Positions 1 through 32,790 are shown, numbered from the stretch's first letter. The stretch is 64,000 bases of DNA from Chrysomallon squamiferum (GCA_012295275.1 CM022677.1:7502001-7566000), one strand, 5' to 3'. Notes: a model not told the origin generated them from the letters alone. Numbers and translations: made by a program.

Positions 1-1748
1 GGAAGACAAAACAAAATATGTTACTGATCAATGAAAACATAACATATACTATATCCTTTTACAATCCTTCTTGGGGCTTTTGTTTTTTTGTTTTAAAGAA
101 AAACAAAATTGTTGATATTTTCTAGCTATCCATTATTATTTATAGTCCAGATAAGATGGAAACACATGAGTGAGAATAGAAAAGTAAAGTGCTGCAATCC
201 ATACAATAAGAAAAACTGCTGACAGAAGATTGGAATTCCCTACACAAACAATTCTACAGATTTCCTAAAATCACTCATCTAGATCCATTACTAAAATACA
301 CCATTAACGTAAATGAAATAACAATAAAGTATTTCTTTATCATATTTCAGACTCTGAATAAAACAAAGTTGAACTTAAAAATACTGAAACATAAATAAAT
401 CCTAGTGAAAACATTAAATTATCTCTCAAAATGCTCTTTTATATATGACATGCAAGTAGTAATAAATACAAAATACAAAATAAAAGATTATACTTTAGCT
501 ATTGAAGTGCAGATCACTTAATAACTCAAAACAATATTATTTGCTTGAGTATTAAGTTGAGTAGATTACTCACCATGAAACATAATACTAATTTTCATGA
601 CATTCTTGTCACTGTAGGAGCAACACACATAAACTAGGTGTGTACCTTGTACTTGGTACAGGGCTGGGAGACCTACTGCACTGGGGTAACAGTGATTTAC
701 AAAATAAAATACCAAAATGACTTTTCTAATGTTGTTGTCATCATCATTATTCATAAATATGGTCAACATCATCATAATAAATAAATAAATAATGTTGAAA
801 TTAAATTAACAATCTTGAATATTAGAAAACAAAATATATATATATGCTGTAAGCAAATGTGACATTTTTTGAAAGTAAAGTGCAAAAGTAAACATTAAAA
901 TAAATTTGTAAAAAGAGAAAAAAAGAGAAAAATTAATTCATGGACCATATCATAGAAAATTAATTAAGTTGCTGAATGTTACTTATATAAAGTGAATACA
1001 ATTTTTTTAATGTTTGTAGGCTTAACTTTTATGATTGCATATGTGGTCAAATTAGAAATTAGTAACAAGAATCAAAAATTATCCATGAAAATGACTTGTT
1101 GTAATTATTTCTTATTTTGTCAATTGATTCTGATTGTAATATTGTAATACCGTTAGTTAATCAATGCTGTTAAAAGAAAACATTTTGAAGTAAGAACAAT
1201 ATCTAAATATGACTTCAGTATATATATATATATTCCAAAGATGTTATAAATGAATTATAATATTGGTTGATTTAATGAACAAAATGTAAATACAGAACAC
1301 CAAAAAACCAAATGACCTATCTTTTTTATCTGGCACTCAATCCAAATCACAGTTCAGCAACAGTCTTATTTCACTAATTTCATATTAAAACTAATTTCAC
1401 AGAATAAAATAAAAATTATTTCACAGAAAATGAAAATTAGCTTTAATAAAAAAGGACAAAAACATGTAAGAATAAAATAATAAACAATAAAATAAAAAAA
1501 TAAAAATTGTCGTCTCTTGGTAATTAAATTAACAAAATACCTCAGAGGCTGAAAACTGAATTGTGAATTGATCTTTTTTGTGAGATCATTTAACGTTTTC
1601 AACACGAGTAACCATTACTTCCATTAGATCGCACTCATACATGCGTGGAAATGAAAGTTATGTCTCTGTGAAAATATATGATGTTTATTAGTATTAAAGG
1701 TATTTTATCTGTTTTATCAAAGTAAATTATTGCTAAATATACGCGAGT

Positions 1749-2790
1749 ATGGAACATGAAAGCAAAAAAGGTAAAAAGAGAATAAAGAAGAGTAAAAATG
1801 TAAGTGGAGAAAGTGAACAGAAAATAAGGGTAAGCAGTAGCCAAGCTGGTCAAGAAGTTGCTATTACAAGGATGTCAAATACACAGAATAACGAGATGTT
1901 CATCTGCACCAGTTTATCAGTCAACACCAGTTCAACAGTCTCAGCAGTCATAGTATGGACAATATGGACAAAGCTAATGATCCCATGGTCAGTCTTCTGG
2001 GTTAATTTCACCAGTTGTGAACAATCAAGATGTCAGTATAAAATTAGATACTTTGACTAGAAAGTTAGATATAATGTATGATAATCTGGAAAAATTGGAC
2101 ATGATCGAAAAAACAACAGAATAGTTTGGAAATAACTGTACAAGATATCAGTGGTAAAATGGTTGATTATTAAGAAAAAAGTACAAGATATGAAAAGGGT
2201 ATGAATTACATTCACTAACAGTTTGAAAGGAATAAAAAAATCTTGGAGATTTGAAATCTGTTGTCTTAGATATGAACAGTTCTACTCATGAAATGAGAGA
2301 TAATAATAACAACAAATATGAAACAACAAATATGTGAATGAAAAACTGAGTTTGGAAACTCAAGAGAAAAACACAATGACCTACAAACTCACTTCATGTA
2401 TGACAATTTCAAATCTTTAGTGGCACACGAGAGAAAGACACAGATGAGGAGTTGAAAAAGTTTTATAAAAAATGAAATGAAAGTAGAAAATAATATTGAT
2501 TTAACAGAGTGAACAACTGGGGAGGAAGTTTGATGGATACATAAGGCCTATCGTTGCTAAATTCATTTTATATAAAGTCAGAGAAATAGTGAGAAGAGCT
2601 GCACCCAAAACACTTATAAACAAGCAATTCAGGGTTAATGAACAATTCCTGAAAGAAATTAATGACAGCAGAAAATTACTATATCCACATTACAGCAAAA
2701 AGGCAAGGGAAAAGCGTGACTTTAAATGGTGATAAACTGTGTATCGAGGTCAGGCTGTTTACACTGGGAGAGGATGGGACAGAAGCCAGC
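1749..2790 (+). mobile_element. Decayed ORF1 of a non-LTR retrotransposon (L1TD1/Transposase_22-like, CR1/L2-type)
   Basis: Stitching frames gives a basic N-terminus, a coiled-coil stretch (KLDTLTRKLDIMYDNLEKLDMIEK) and the typical ORF1 C-terminal run RPIVAKFILYKVREIVRRAAPKTLINKQFRVNEQFLKEINDSRKLLYP...AKRQGKSVTLNGDKLCI. Many stops and frameshifts. A short NV*GLVSKL at about 3642-3668 resembles the start of an ORF2 endonuclease. Confidence 0.7.
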
Positions 2791-3457
2791 AACACAAACA
2801 CAACAACTCAGTCAACAGAAACAAGACAACAGAGATCACACAACAGAAACATAACAACTCAGCCAACAGAAACAAGACAACAGAGATCACACAACACAAA
2901 CATAACAACTCAGCCAACAGAAACAAGACAACAGAGATCACACAACACAAACATAACAACTCAGCCAACAGAAACAAGACAACAGAGATCACACAACACA
3001 AACATAACAACTCAGCCAACAGAAACAAGACAACAGAGATCACAGCAACACAAACATAACAACTCAGCCAACAGAAACAAGACAACAGAGATCACAGCAA
3101 CACAAACATAACAACTCAGCCAACAGAAACAAAACAACAGAGATCACACAACACAAACATAACAACTCAGCCAACAGAAACAAGACAACAGAGATCACAG
3201 CAACACAAACATAACAACTCAGTCAACAGAAACAAGACAACAGAGATCACACAACACAAACATAACAACTCAGTCAACAGAAACAAGACAACAGAGACCG
3301 CACAACACAAACATAACAACTCAGTCAACAGAAACAAGACAACAGAGATCACACAACACAAACATAACAACTCAGTCAACAGAAACAAGACAACAGAGAT
3401 CACACAACACAAACATAACAACTCAGTCAACAGAAACAAGACAACAGAGACCACACA
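2790..3457. repeat. 51-bp minisatellite, about 13 copies
   Basis: Unit CAACACAAACATAACAACTCAGCCAACAGAAACAAGACAACAGAGATCACA (occasional 52-bp variants); produces the 17-aa periodicity in the ORF track. Confidence 0.95.
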
Positions 3458-3959
3458 AGAAAAGCCAAACTCTGACTGAGACAAGTCAATTTCAGTCAGT
3501 GCAATAAGACAATGGAGGAGGACAAGTTTTACCAAGTGAAAACAGCGTTGAGCAAATGTCAGAACACTTTCTCATTTGTAAAAATACCCCAAACAAAAAT
3601 CATAAATAAGTAAGCCCTTAAGTTTTAAAAATAATATGATTAATGTTTGAGGTTTGGTAAGTAAGCTCAGAGATACTACATAGAGACACTTCTCAGAGAT
3701 ACTACTTGAAACCACCATTAATTTTGAATTCAGACAATATGTCAAGTATTGTAAAAAAAACCAAAAAACAAAAACATTTTTCGTTTTGTTTTTGTTTTGT
3801 ACTAACCAGCCTGTGTCCTGTGTGAACAGTTCTTACAACTGTTTATTTTACATCTTCTTTTAACTTAGTTGTCTTTGTTTTGTACTAATCAGCCTGTGTC
3901 CTTAAAGCAACATTAAGATTACACTGCTTTGAACATGCAAATCCCTTGGCCTATAAATA

Positions 3960-4940
3960 TTATGGTTCAGATATCATTGTCAGTAGAAGATACATTCAAA
4001 TATAAGAAATATGAATCTCTAATAAAGGTACTTATACCAAAACCAGAGTACTTTTTGTTGATAAATGAACTGAAGCATTTAAATGAACAATCATCAGCTA
4101 AGTTACACCACGGTTATTATCTTCTATCCATGAGATTCTTCAGTGTGGTGATGTTGAGAAGTTGATAAGACGTTGCACATCCAACAGTGACCCGAGTATT
4201 ATGTGCACATCAAAGAGACATTTGATGTTATCAAACGTGCACACACTGGCCACGGTGGTCGCAGTCAAATGGTAAAAGAGATAGGCAAGAAGTACGCAAG
4301 TGTTACCAGGGATTCTACTCAACTGTTTAAGTCATCGTGCACTGACTGGCAGCGTAAACCGATGACAAAGGGTGTGGTTGTCTGACCAATCTTGTCTAAA
4401 GAGTTCTCTGCTCATGGCCAAGTAGATCTCATTGATATGCAATCGTTACCAAATTGTTCTGTCAAGTGGATTATGGTGTATCAGGATCATCTTACAAAGT
4501 TTGTTGTTATCCACCCACTGACATCAAAGTGAGCTGCTGAGGTTGCTTAGCAACTCATGGACATATTTCTGCTATTCTGTGCACCACATATAGTATAGAG
4601 TGACAACGGTTCCGAATTTACAGCTCAAATCATTTCTGATTTGAATGAGTTGTGGCCAGAGCTACTTATAGTGCTTGGTAAACCACGCCACACACAGAGT
4701 TAAAGTTATGTTAAACATGTGAATTATGACATTAAAGGATGAGTGAGAATGATTGGACTGTTGGTGCTAAATTTGTTCAGTTTCACAAGCACTGGAATAG
4801 AACAGTCAACTTATGCAACTTATTTGGCATCGAAGCCAGGATTGGTTTGACTTCCTTGTCGTTACTGCATGATGTTATCAAGAAGCTACAGAAGAAAGAT
4901 GACTTACTAGACATTCTGTCCAGCAGCTCAACTCAACCAG
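3960..4940 (+). mobile_element. Decayed KRBA2/SCAND3-type integrase-like DDE transposase (Ginger/GIN-related)
   Basis: One frame from 4203 reads HIKETFDVIKRAHTGHGGR...GVVV*PILSKEFSAHGQVDLIDMQS...KWIMVYQDHLTKFVVIHPLTSK*AAEVA*QLMDIFLLFCAPHIV*SDNGSEFTAQII...WPELLIVLGKPRHTQS*, followed by MSENDWTVGAKFVQF. These match the H2C2 and rve core motifs of this family; five in-frame stops in this stretch. Confidence 0.88.
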
Positions 4941-4944
4941 ACAC

Positions 4945-6058
4945 TCAACCTCTACCAGAAACAACTCAACCTCTACCAGAAACGACTCAACCTCTACAAG
5001 AAACGACTCAGCCTCTACCAGAAAGAACTCAATGTCAGAAACAACTGAACCTCTACCAGAAAGAACTCAACCTCTACCAGAAACAACACAACCTCTCCCA
5101 GAAACAACTCAACCTCTATCAGAAACAACTCAACCTCTACCAGAAACAACTCAACCTCTACCAGAAACGACTCAACTTCTCCCAGAAACAACTCAACCTC
5201 TATCAGAAACAACTCAACCTCTACCAGAAACAATACAACCTCTACCAGAAACAACTCAACCTCTACCAGAAACAACTTCTACCAGAAATGATTCAACCTC
5301 TCCCAGAAACAACTCAACCTCTATCAGAAACAACTCAACCTCTATCAGAAACAATACAACCTCTACCAGAAACAACTTCTATCAGAAAGAACTCAACCTC
5401 TATCAGAAACAACTCAACCTCTATCAGAAACAACTCAACCTCTACCAGAAACAACTCAACCTCTACCAGAAACAAGTCAACCTCTACCAGAAAAGACTCA
5501 ACCTCTACCAGAAACAAGTCAACCTCTACCAGAAACGACTCAACCTCTACCAGAAACAAGTCAACCTCTATCAGAAACAACTCAACCTCTACCAGAAACA
5601 ACTCAACCTCTATCAGAAATGACTCCACCTCTACCAGAAACAACTCAACCTCTACCAGAAACAGCTCAACCTCTATCAGAAACAGCTCAAACTCTATCAG
5701 AAACGATTATACCTCTATCAGAAATGACTCCACCTCTATCAGAAACAACTCAACCTCTACCAGAAACAACTCAAACTCTACCAGAAACAACTCAAACTCT
5801 ATCAGAAACAACTCAAACTCTATCAGAAACAACTCAACCTCTATCAGAAACAATTCAACCTCTATCAGAAATGACTCAACCTCTATCAGAAACAGCTCAA
5901 ACTCTATCAGAAATGACCCAACCTCTACCAGAAGTAACTCAACCTCTATCAGAAACAACTTAACCTCTATCAGAAACGACTCAATCTCTATCAGAAACGA
6001 TTCAAGCTCAATTGAAACCACTCAATCTCTATCAGAAACAACTCAAACTCTGTCAGAA
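4945..6058. repeat. 21-bp minisatellite, about 50 copies
   Basis: Unit CCAGAAACAACTCAACCTCTA with variants; responsible for the 451-aa ORF at 4739-6094. Confidence 0.95.
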
Positions 6059-6985
6059 ACGTGGGAGACAGACCTGCTGAATGTCTTCACTTGAAGTCGC
6101 TGGAGGAACTGGTAAGGTGGCTTCAAGGCAGAAAGTGGGAGACAGACCTGCTGAATGTCTTCACTTGAAGTCGCTGGAGGAACTGGTAAGGTGGCTTGAA
6201 GGCAGAAAGTGGGAGACAGACCTGCTGAATGTCTTCACTTGAACTCGCTGGAGGAACTGGTAAGGTGGCTTCAAGGCAGAAAGTGGGAGACAGACCTGCT
6301 GAATGTCTTCACTTGAACTCGCTGGATGAACTGGTAAGGTGGCTTCAAAGCAGAAAGTGGGAGACAGACCTGCTGAATGTCTTCACTTGAAGTCGCTGGA
6401 GGAACTGGTAAGGTGGCTTCAATGCAGAAAGTGGGAGACAGACCTGCTGAATGTCTTCACTTGAACTCGCTGGATGAACTGGTAAGGTGGCTTCAAAGCA
6501 GAAAGTGGGAGACAGACCTGCTGAATGTCTTCACTTGAAGTCGCTGGAGGAACTGGTAAGGTGGCTTCAAGGCAGAAAGTGGGAGACAGACCTGCTGAAC
6601 GTCTTCACTTGAACTCGCTGGAGGAACTGGTAAGGTGGCTTCAAGGCAGAAAGTGGGAGGCAGACCTGCTGAATGTCTTCACTTGAAGTCGCTGGAGGAA
6701 CTGGTAGGTGGCTTGAAGGCAGAAAGTGGGAGACAGACCTGCTGAATGTCTTCACTTGAACTCGCTGGAGGAACTGGTAAGGTGGCTTCAAGGCAGAAAG
6801 TGGGAGACAGACCTGCTGAATGTCTTCACTTGAACTCGCTGGATGAACTGGTAAGGTGGCTTCAAAGCAGAAAGTGGGAGACAGACCTGCTGAATGTCTT
6901 CACTTGAAGTCGCTGGAGGAACTGGTAAGGTGGCTTCAAGGCAGAAAGTGGGAGGCAGACATGCTGAACGTTTTCACTTGAATTA
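6056..6985. repeat. 74-bp minisatellite, about 12.5 highly similar copies
   Basis: Unit GAAAGTGGGAGACAGACCTGCTGAATGTCTTCACTTGAAGTCGCTGGAGGAACTGGTAAGGTGGCTTCAAGGCA; starts at 6131 and 6205 give the 74-bp period. Confidence 0.95.
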
Positions 6986-6994
6986 GTCGGAAGC

Positions 6995-7690
6995 CAGACT
7001 GTGAAACAGAGGACGGAGCCGACCTGTTCAGACTCCTCACTTGCACGCACGGAAAGGTGGGATTAAGGCAGACAGCGGACGCTCGAACCTGGAATTTTAA
7101 GCACTTGACTTGGCTGCGGAATACAGGACGGAACCGGACCAACTGACCTGCTCAGGCATGTGTATTTGTGTGTGTGTGTGTGTGTATGTGTGTGTGTTTC
7201 TGTGTGTTTGTGTGTGTGTGTGTGTGTGAATGTGTGTGTGTTTCTGTGTGTTTCTGGGTGTTTGTGTGTGTGTGTGTGTGTGTATGTGTGTGTTTGACAT
7301 ATCTAAACGATACAAACTTGGTTTTGATGACAGACTGTGAAACAGGACGGAGCCGACCTGTTCAGACTCCTCACTTGCACGCACGGAAAGGTGGGATTAA
7401 GGCAGACAGCGGACGCTCGAACCTGGAATTTTAAGCACTTGACTTGGCTGCGGAATACAGGACGGAACCGGACCAACTGACCTGCTCAGGCATGTGTATT
7501 TGTGTGTGTGTGTGTGTGTATGTGTGTGTGTTTCTGTGTGTTTGTGTGTGTGTGAATGTGTGTGTGTTTCTGTGTGTTTGTGTGTGTGTGTGTGTAAAAA
7601 ATGAAAACACTGCTGTAAGGTAAAACATCTGTATTTTACAGGTAGGACACATCTAAACGATACAAACTTGGTCTTGATGACAGACTGTGA
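6995..7690. repeat. Tandem duplication of an about 340-bp unit containing a (TG)n tract
   Basis: CAGACTGTGAA begins at about 6995, 7331 and 7681; GGACGGAGCCGACCTGTTCAGACTCC...CTGCTCAGGCATGTG and GACATATCTAAACGATACAAACTTGG-like blocks occur twice. Confidence 0.9.
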
Positions 7691-7760
7691 ATGTGCATGG
7701 ACGTGAAGCATTTGACGGGAGACCTCGAGCAGCTGTTGGAGAAATGGGTTGTTTTGTTGT
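7590..7760 (-). mobile_element. Possible decayed piggyBac-type C-terminal cysteine-rich domain
   Basis: Minus-strand frames join into RPCTFTVC / KTKFVSFRC / PTCK / YRCFTLQQCFHFLH, resembling the CxxC...CxxC...C...CF..FH tail. Several frameshifts are needed. Confidence 0.3.
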
Positions 7761-8091
7761 TTTCTTATTAAATTTATATGTCCAGTTTTTAAACTCGGAA
7801 CAAGCAAGGTATGCAGACCTGGACATGCAGGTTGTACAAATGGATCAGATGTTTTAATTCATGGTGGAATGAGTGGGAAAACTAACTGTGTCTGTAGTGA
7901 ATCTTTCTGACGGGCATATGAGTGTACGCAAAGATGCCAGATCTCGCCAAGCAAAACTAAACTTTGTTATTAATCAAATAAATTGAAGAATCATGGATAT
8001 ACAATCAGATTTTATTTAAATTGTTTTTTAATATTTCTTAATTAATCTGAACTCAGGTTTTGGTTATTTGTTTGAATGTTTTACAAAAGGA

Positions 8092-8148
<57 letters not shown>

Positions 8149-8399
8149 TTGTTTATTTATTTATTTTTTTTGTTTTACTATTTAATCATATCAAAATGTA
8201 CCTATTTGTATCAAAATGTATTTGTCTAATTTGCTACAATTTAGCCATATATTAACCTTTTAATTAACGGTTCTATTTTTTAAAATCTTCAGAACATGAA
8301 ATATGTATTATAATTTTCTGCAAGTGTAAATACATACATTTAATTCTGTCTGTGAGGAAATGGAAAATTATACTATTTAGAATGTTCTGAATAGGAATG

Positions 8400-12593
<4,194 letters not shown>

Positions 12594-12962
12594 ATTACAA
12601 CAAACGGACATTTATTTCTCAAAACATACACTTTTTTATTACTTTGAGTCAACCAAACAAAAGCTAAAGAAAATAAGTTTCTTCAACATGTAGGTTTATT
12701 GACGTTTGAAAATTTATATTTATATACATGGCAATATTGGTTTTAACCTCCATATTGCAGTACTTATTTAGATTTTTTAACCACCATATGTCAATTTTTT
12801 TTTTTTCACCTGCTTTCAGATAAAGTATAATTATAATAACATAATTTATATATATATAAATTAAATTTTTATTTCTTTACTGCACTACTTTATTTTTTAC
12901 CTCCATTCAGCAGTTTTGATTTTATATTTCCTGGGTACAGCAACATTTATATTTATTTTCAG

Positions 12963-17444
<4,482 letters not shown>

Positions 17445-20400
17445 TTTACTCTAAAATGCATTTTGGATATTGTAAGGAAGAGGATTGTAGACTGATTAAC
17501 AATAAGATTGAGTGACAGGGTAGGACCTGAGCTGGAATTCAAGGGTAGGAATGGCATTTGTCTATTTATATTCTTTTTTTTTTTTTTTTTTTTTTATTTA
17601 GGGTTTTTTGTTTTATTATTATTATTAATATTGTTATTTTATTTTTTATTTTTTATTGTTATAATTTTTATTATTATTAAAAAAATATTATTACTTTTTT
17701 ATTGTTATTATTATTATTATTAAGTTTTTATTTATTTTAACTCTAAGACAAACATACATACATCAAAATGGGGTTTTAAGAGACTGTTCCTCTGCTTGAC
17801 AGATTTGAGTTGATTCCAGAATATCCTAGGTCAGGCCTTATATATTTCCCTTCAAACAAAAAATAAATAATAATGTATACCATTTGGAGTGCTTGGTAAA
17901 AAGTGCCTTTAATTTTTTGAAACTATTAAATCTATATTCTTTTCTTCTTTTTTCAAATATACGTGTGGCTTTTTGGTGATGTTTTTCTATGAATTTTATG
18001 TTGGACCTGCATTTAGTTACACTGAGAATTGTTTTTGAGGATGCATTACTTTTTGAAAAGATATTTTTTTTTACTTTTTTTTTTCAAATACAGAAATATT
18101 AGCCAGCATTATTTAAAGCATCTTCTTCTTATTATTATTTAATAATAATCAATTTTTGATAAGACACATTTCGGAATATATTTAAACAAACAATAGTGGA
18201 ATGAAATTTTAATATTTTTTCAAGAATTATACTGAATAAAATTTCACAAGGGTAAAATAAATCTTTAAAGTTTGATTATAAAATTTGATTTTGCTGATAC
18301 TTTTAAATAAACGATAAAAAGAAAAAATATTTTTCATGGATATATGAGTATGCATGAATGTTGACTGACTGTTTTTTTGTTATGATTAACTGATTTTACA
18401 TGAGAAAATGTATCATCTATTGGACTATTTTCACCAACAGATAACTGTTGTTACATTATCATCATTATATTATTATCCTCAGATGATATTATTACATGAC
18501 ATAATATTAAAATGTTTTGTTTGTTTCAGGTTAGACTAAGTCATGTTTTTCTTTCTAATTCTTGATTTTGAAAGGATTATGTTTGCAAAGCTTGAATATT
18601 GTGATCAGTTCAGCTGTCATTTTTTGAAAATCACAAATCAATTGATAACTGTTAAAAGAAATAATGACAAAACAAATTTTGTTTTTTAAAGCAGAGCCAT
18701 AATCTGTCTATCAATCTATCTAAATCTATACACATAGATACATAGATAGATAGATATAAAATGCTGCAATTAATATAAGATTAATGGTATTATTTGTTTG
18801 TTGCATTAATTTTTATTTGCATTTAGTACTATAATAATATTTTGTATGCATGTTTACGATAAAATAAATAACAAATTATACACATTTGTAGAAATATATA
18901 TTAAGCATACTGTTTCATGTAATCATATTATCCTTTATTAGTGATATAAATACAAACAAATTATTTTTGTTCTTGTTTTCTTTCATTTATTATTAAGAAT
19001 TTTATTTTGTTTTTTTACTGTGATTGCTGTGTGGCTGTTAGCTGCCCTGGATTATTCTCCTCATGTAGCAAATGCGTTATTACTCACTTGTATAATTAAT
19101 TAATAAATAACTTGGTTTTCAGTACAAAAATTTAAAAACTGTTCATTTTATAAATACAGCTGAAAAACTTGGAAATATATAAAATTGATTACTTCATCAA
19201 TATAAGTGAATAAACAATATTTATTTTAATTAGAAAAATACACAGTTAATTTTATCAAGGAATCATATTTTGAAGATCATCTTATTTGTTTCTTTAATGA
19301 CATTTCAGCATTTATGTATCATATGTTCCTAACCATCATTTTATAATGAGAAAAAACTTATAAGAACAGCTACTAACATCAAAAGCTATGAAGGCAGGGT
19401 TTAAGATTAAAATTTATTTCAATTGACCTGGTTTATAAAACATTTTTTATTTTCAGCAGCATACAGATGTATTTACCACCTCCATAATCTACTATACATA
19501 AAGATGGCAGTAAATCTAATATAAATGGTTTTAAACTCTCAAGTTGACAGTTATTTTATACTTGACATATTTGTGCAGGGAAATGAGTGGACATTGAAGT
19601 ATCTGCAGTTATTTGTTGCCTTTTGTCCTCATCTAATATATATTATTATAACAGGCTTACTAGGGACAAGGTACATGCTGTACTAAACAAATAACACGAA
19701 AGTATCACATATCAACAGTAAGTGCTGATTTTAAACCTGTGTCAACAAATTTTAAAATTCTCCACATTATATGGACCATTTGCAGCACTACATTTGAAAA
19801 GTGAGAATAATAGATAGTCCTATATTTTTTTGGTTGTAAAGTATGATAATCAGCTTAAGATGACATCACAATTAAATTGTACTGAAAAGAATAGGGAAAA
19901 CAAATCCTATTGTTTTTGTTACATATTTTTTATTACATTATATTATTCTTATACATTTTGTTATCAGTGAAAATGAGAATCCGTACAAAATCATAAAGCT
20001 ATAAAAGAAAAACATTTGAGAATATACATAATAATAGTACTAATAAAGGATAGAAATAAACATTAAACATAGAAATCTGTAAGAAAAGTTATACACAAAA
20101 TACCTTCATTATTCCAAAACCAAACAGAATATAAATTTGTTTTTGTAGAAATAGTAAATAATAATAAAAATTAATTCTGCAAAAATGAAAAAAAATAATA
20201 ATAATAAAAATAAATGAAGCAAATCATTCTAAGATGTTTTATATAAACTGCATTAAAAACTTCATTCATTTAACAATATATATATATATATATAATCTGC
20301 TTCATTTATTGTTTCTTTTCTCTTTCTGTATTTATAGACATACACACACACACACACACACACACACGGGTTAAATAAAAATAATAAATGATGATCAGAT

Positions 20401-21446
20401 TTGTAATATTTCTGTTACAGTAATAGTTGGGTGTACGGTATTAGTCAAATGATAAAGAAAATATAAACTGATTTCAAATCAACTTTACAAATAAAAAAAT
20501 ATGGATTATTTATAATACATATTTAAATCTAAAAAATACCAGTACAGTAATATAAATATTTAAAAGCAGTTCTGCAAATGAAATTATATTTATTAGATAA
20601 ATTATAAATTAGATAAAGGTGATTTATAGAATTAATAATAATAATAATAATATGCCATATTAATGCGGTTTACTTTGAATCATAATATTCTAAGTTTAAA
20701 CTAATGTTGATAAGAATATAAATAATTTTACATAAAAATATAAATTAGAAATATTTATATTCATAACTTTGCAATAAAATTAATTATATTGTTATCATAT
20801 TGTAACAAATTTAACTCTTTAATATAAAATTATTTATAATGCTGGTCATCCATTAGATATTTTTCTTCATATGACAATATTTTCTGTCCTGTATAAAACA
20901 TTTTAGAAATTCAAGATTATAAGATGTTATCAAAATAATACAACTGGATCAAATTTCAAAAGCAAATGAATAGTTTTACGTATAAAAATGTTCATGATTT
21001 TTAACAGTTAGTGTATCAAAAGTCTTTACTTAAAACTAAATGATAAAAAATAAAATAAAAACTCCAGATCATTGCTTATGTAAAAACTGTAACAGATTTT
21101 TATTTTTTTAATTCTTTGGTTGCCCGTATAAAAAGTAGAAGTAGTAGCAGAATAAATAGAAACAGGATCCTTAATGTAAATTGTTAAATTATTTTTCTTA
21201 ACTAAATACAATATCGGCATAAAATGATACAAATGAAAGTTATATTTTTTTAAAATGACTACATAATTAGAGAATAATAAAAAATAACTATATGATCACA
21301 GTATAGGTTTAATGTGGTTAACAATGGCAAAATTTCACCAGTTTGTTTAGTGTCAGTTATTAAAAATAACACATATCTGAATTGAGCACTGGATGTGTTG
21401 CTATGGTCTGCATACCTGCTTATACACACGTCTGTAAATTCATTGA

Positions 21447-31269
<9,823 letters not shown>

Positions 31270-32074
31270 TTTTGTTTCAGGATCGAGTGTCAGTCGCTGT
31301 ATGAAGCCAACACTGTCAGATTAATTAACACTTTTTCGACGTTATTCTTCTTTTAAAATATTTTTAATAATTATTGTTTTGTTTGTTAAATACACCAGAA
31401 AGTTTCGATGTTAATTTATGTTTAGAAGATTTGCGTTATAATGGTCGAGTCGTTTATTAAATAAATCACAAAGTGTTGACGTTAATCTACGTTTAAAAGG
31501 TTTTTGATAATTATTCTGTTGTTGATTAAATATACCAAAACGTCAGCGAACCACAATATCGCAATAACAAATTTTACACTGATTTCAAATGAAATAAATT
31601 TTCACCACTTTGCTGAAAACATAAAGAATCATGAAAATTATTCTGAAATTCGTTTTTCTTTATTCTTCTTTCTTTTTTCTTTGTCTTTTTCTTACATTCA
31701 TTTATTTACTTCTTGTTTTCGTTATCGTTGTGTTTTTTCTTACCAACCAGTTGCTCAATTATTCACTTTTTTAACTTCTGCCGGAAGATCTCTATAAGAG
31801 CACGTTTTTCACCTTTGTCTGTCTAGCAAAAAGTCGTTTTCAAATAAAAATAAATACATATTACATATATCAATATTACATTATTGTAACCTATTATATT
31901 TTACTAATTCAAACACAGTCATAATTAATGTAAACAATTCGTGTAATAATTCGAAAATGCCAGAATAATAATGACACGTTTATAAATCTAAATTAATCAG
32001 CATTATTTATTATAATTTTATTTATTCTGTTCACCTAGAACATGTCTACTTTCACATTCGTCTGTTAATAGATA

Positions 32075-32790
32075 TGACCAATCAGGAAGTAAATAAGTTT
32101 CAGTATTGAAATACATACCTATCTTTATTGTAGTCTTTTTCTTTATTTATTTTGTTATTTTTCTTTCATTCTTTTCTTTTAATAATTTAAAAATAAATAA
32201 TACTTTACAGAACAAATGTTTAATGATGACTGCTCATTCTGAATTACTGCTGCACGAACGTCTTGGTTCAGCTCATTACCATGGGAGATAACTCTCATCT
32301 GCCGGAAGGCCCGCCAGTAATGAATTACTTCAAACACTCAGTCACTGATATTAAGCGCAGGCGAGTTTGTTTCTAATTAAACATTTATTAAAGGATTTGT
32401 ATTCAGATCTGGAACATTTGAAAAAACGCTGTTAATCCCAGGTCAGATTATAATATTATTTATTTTATCAAACGTAGACAATAAACCTTCAGGCAAAACA
32501 TTCGAAATGGAAGTAAATTACTTAGTTATTAATATAATAATACTAATTTAATAACGTTGTGATTATCAGTCGTATTGACAATATTTAATTCATAATTTGA
32601 TAAGCTTCATTTATTATACCGGATTAAAACAGTTTATTTAGTATAGAAATTTTAGTTGAGTTTTATATGTTTGTTAATTGATATTATAATTTATAAATAA
32701 ATTATTTACACTTCACTGTCAAAAGTAAACAAAATAGAACTCGAAGAATATTGTTTTGATATCATATGATTTCACTTCCGTCATTATAAT
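32075..32790. promoter_or_regulatory. Candidate divergent promoter region between the SLC5 gene (-) and the ZDHHC-like gene (+)
   Basis: CCAAT next to an ETS-like CAGGAAGT at about 32078-32090, CCGGAAG at about 32302 and CACTTCCG at about 32773, between two head-to-head genes. Motif match only. Confidence 0.3.

Noticed and set aside
566-700. Minus-strand exon-like island ending in a GTGAGT donor
   Set aside because: Two frames have stops and the third matches nothing I recognise; no partner exons identified.
4739-6094. 451-aa ORF resembling a mucin or repeat protein
   Set aside because: Only the first 60 or so residues are integrase tail; the rest is a 21-bp array that is stop-poor in several frames and drifts between them.
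6056-6985. Regular 74-bp repeats (and the 57-bp array) as a possible CRISPR array
   Set aside because: Units are contiguous and near-identical with no unique spacers, there are no cas genes and the context is eukaryotic.
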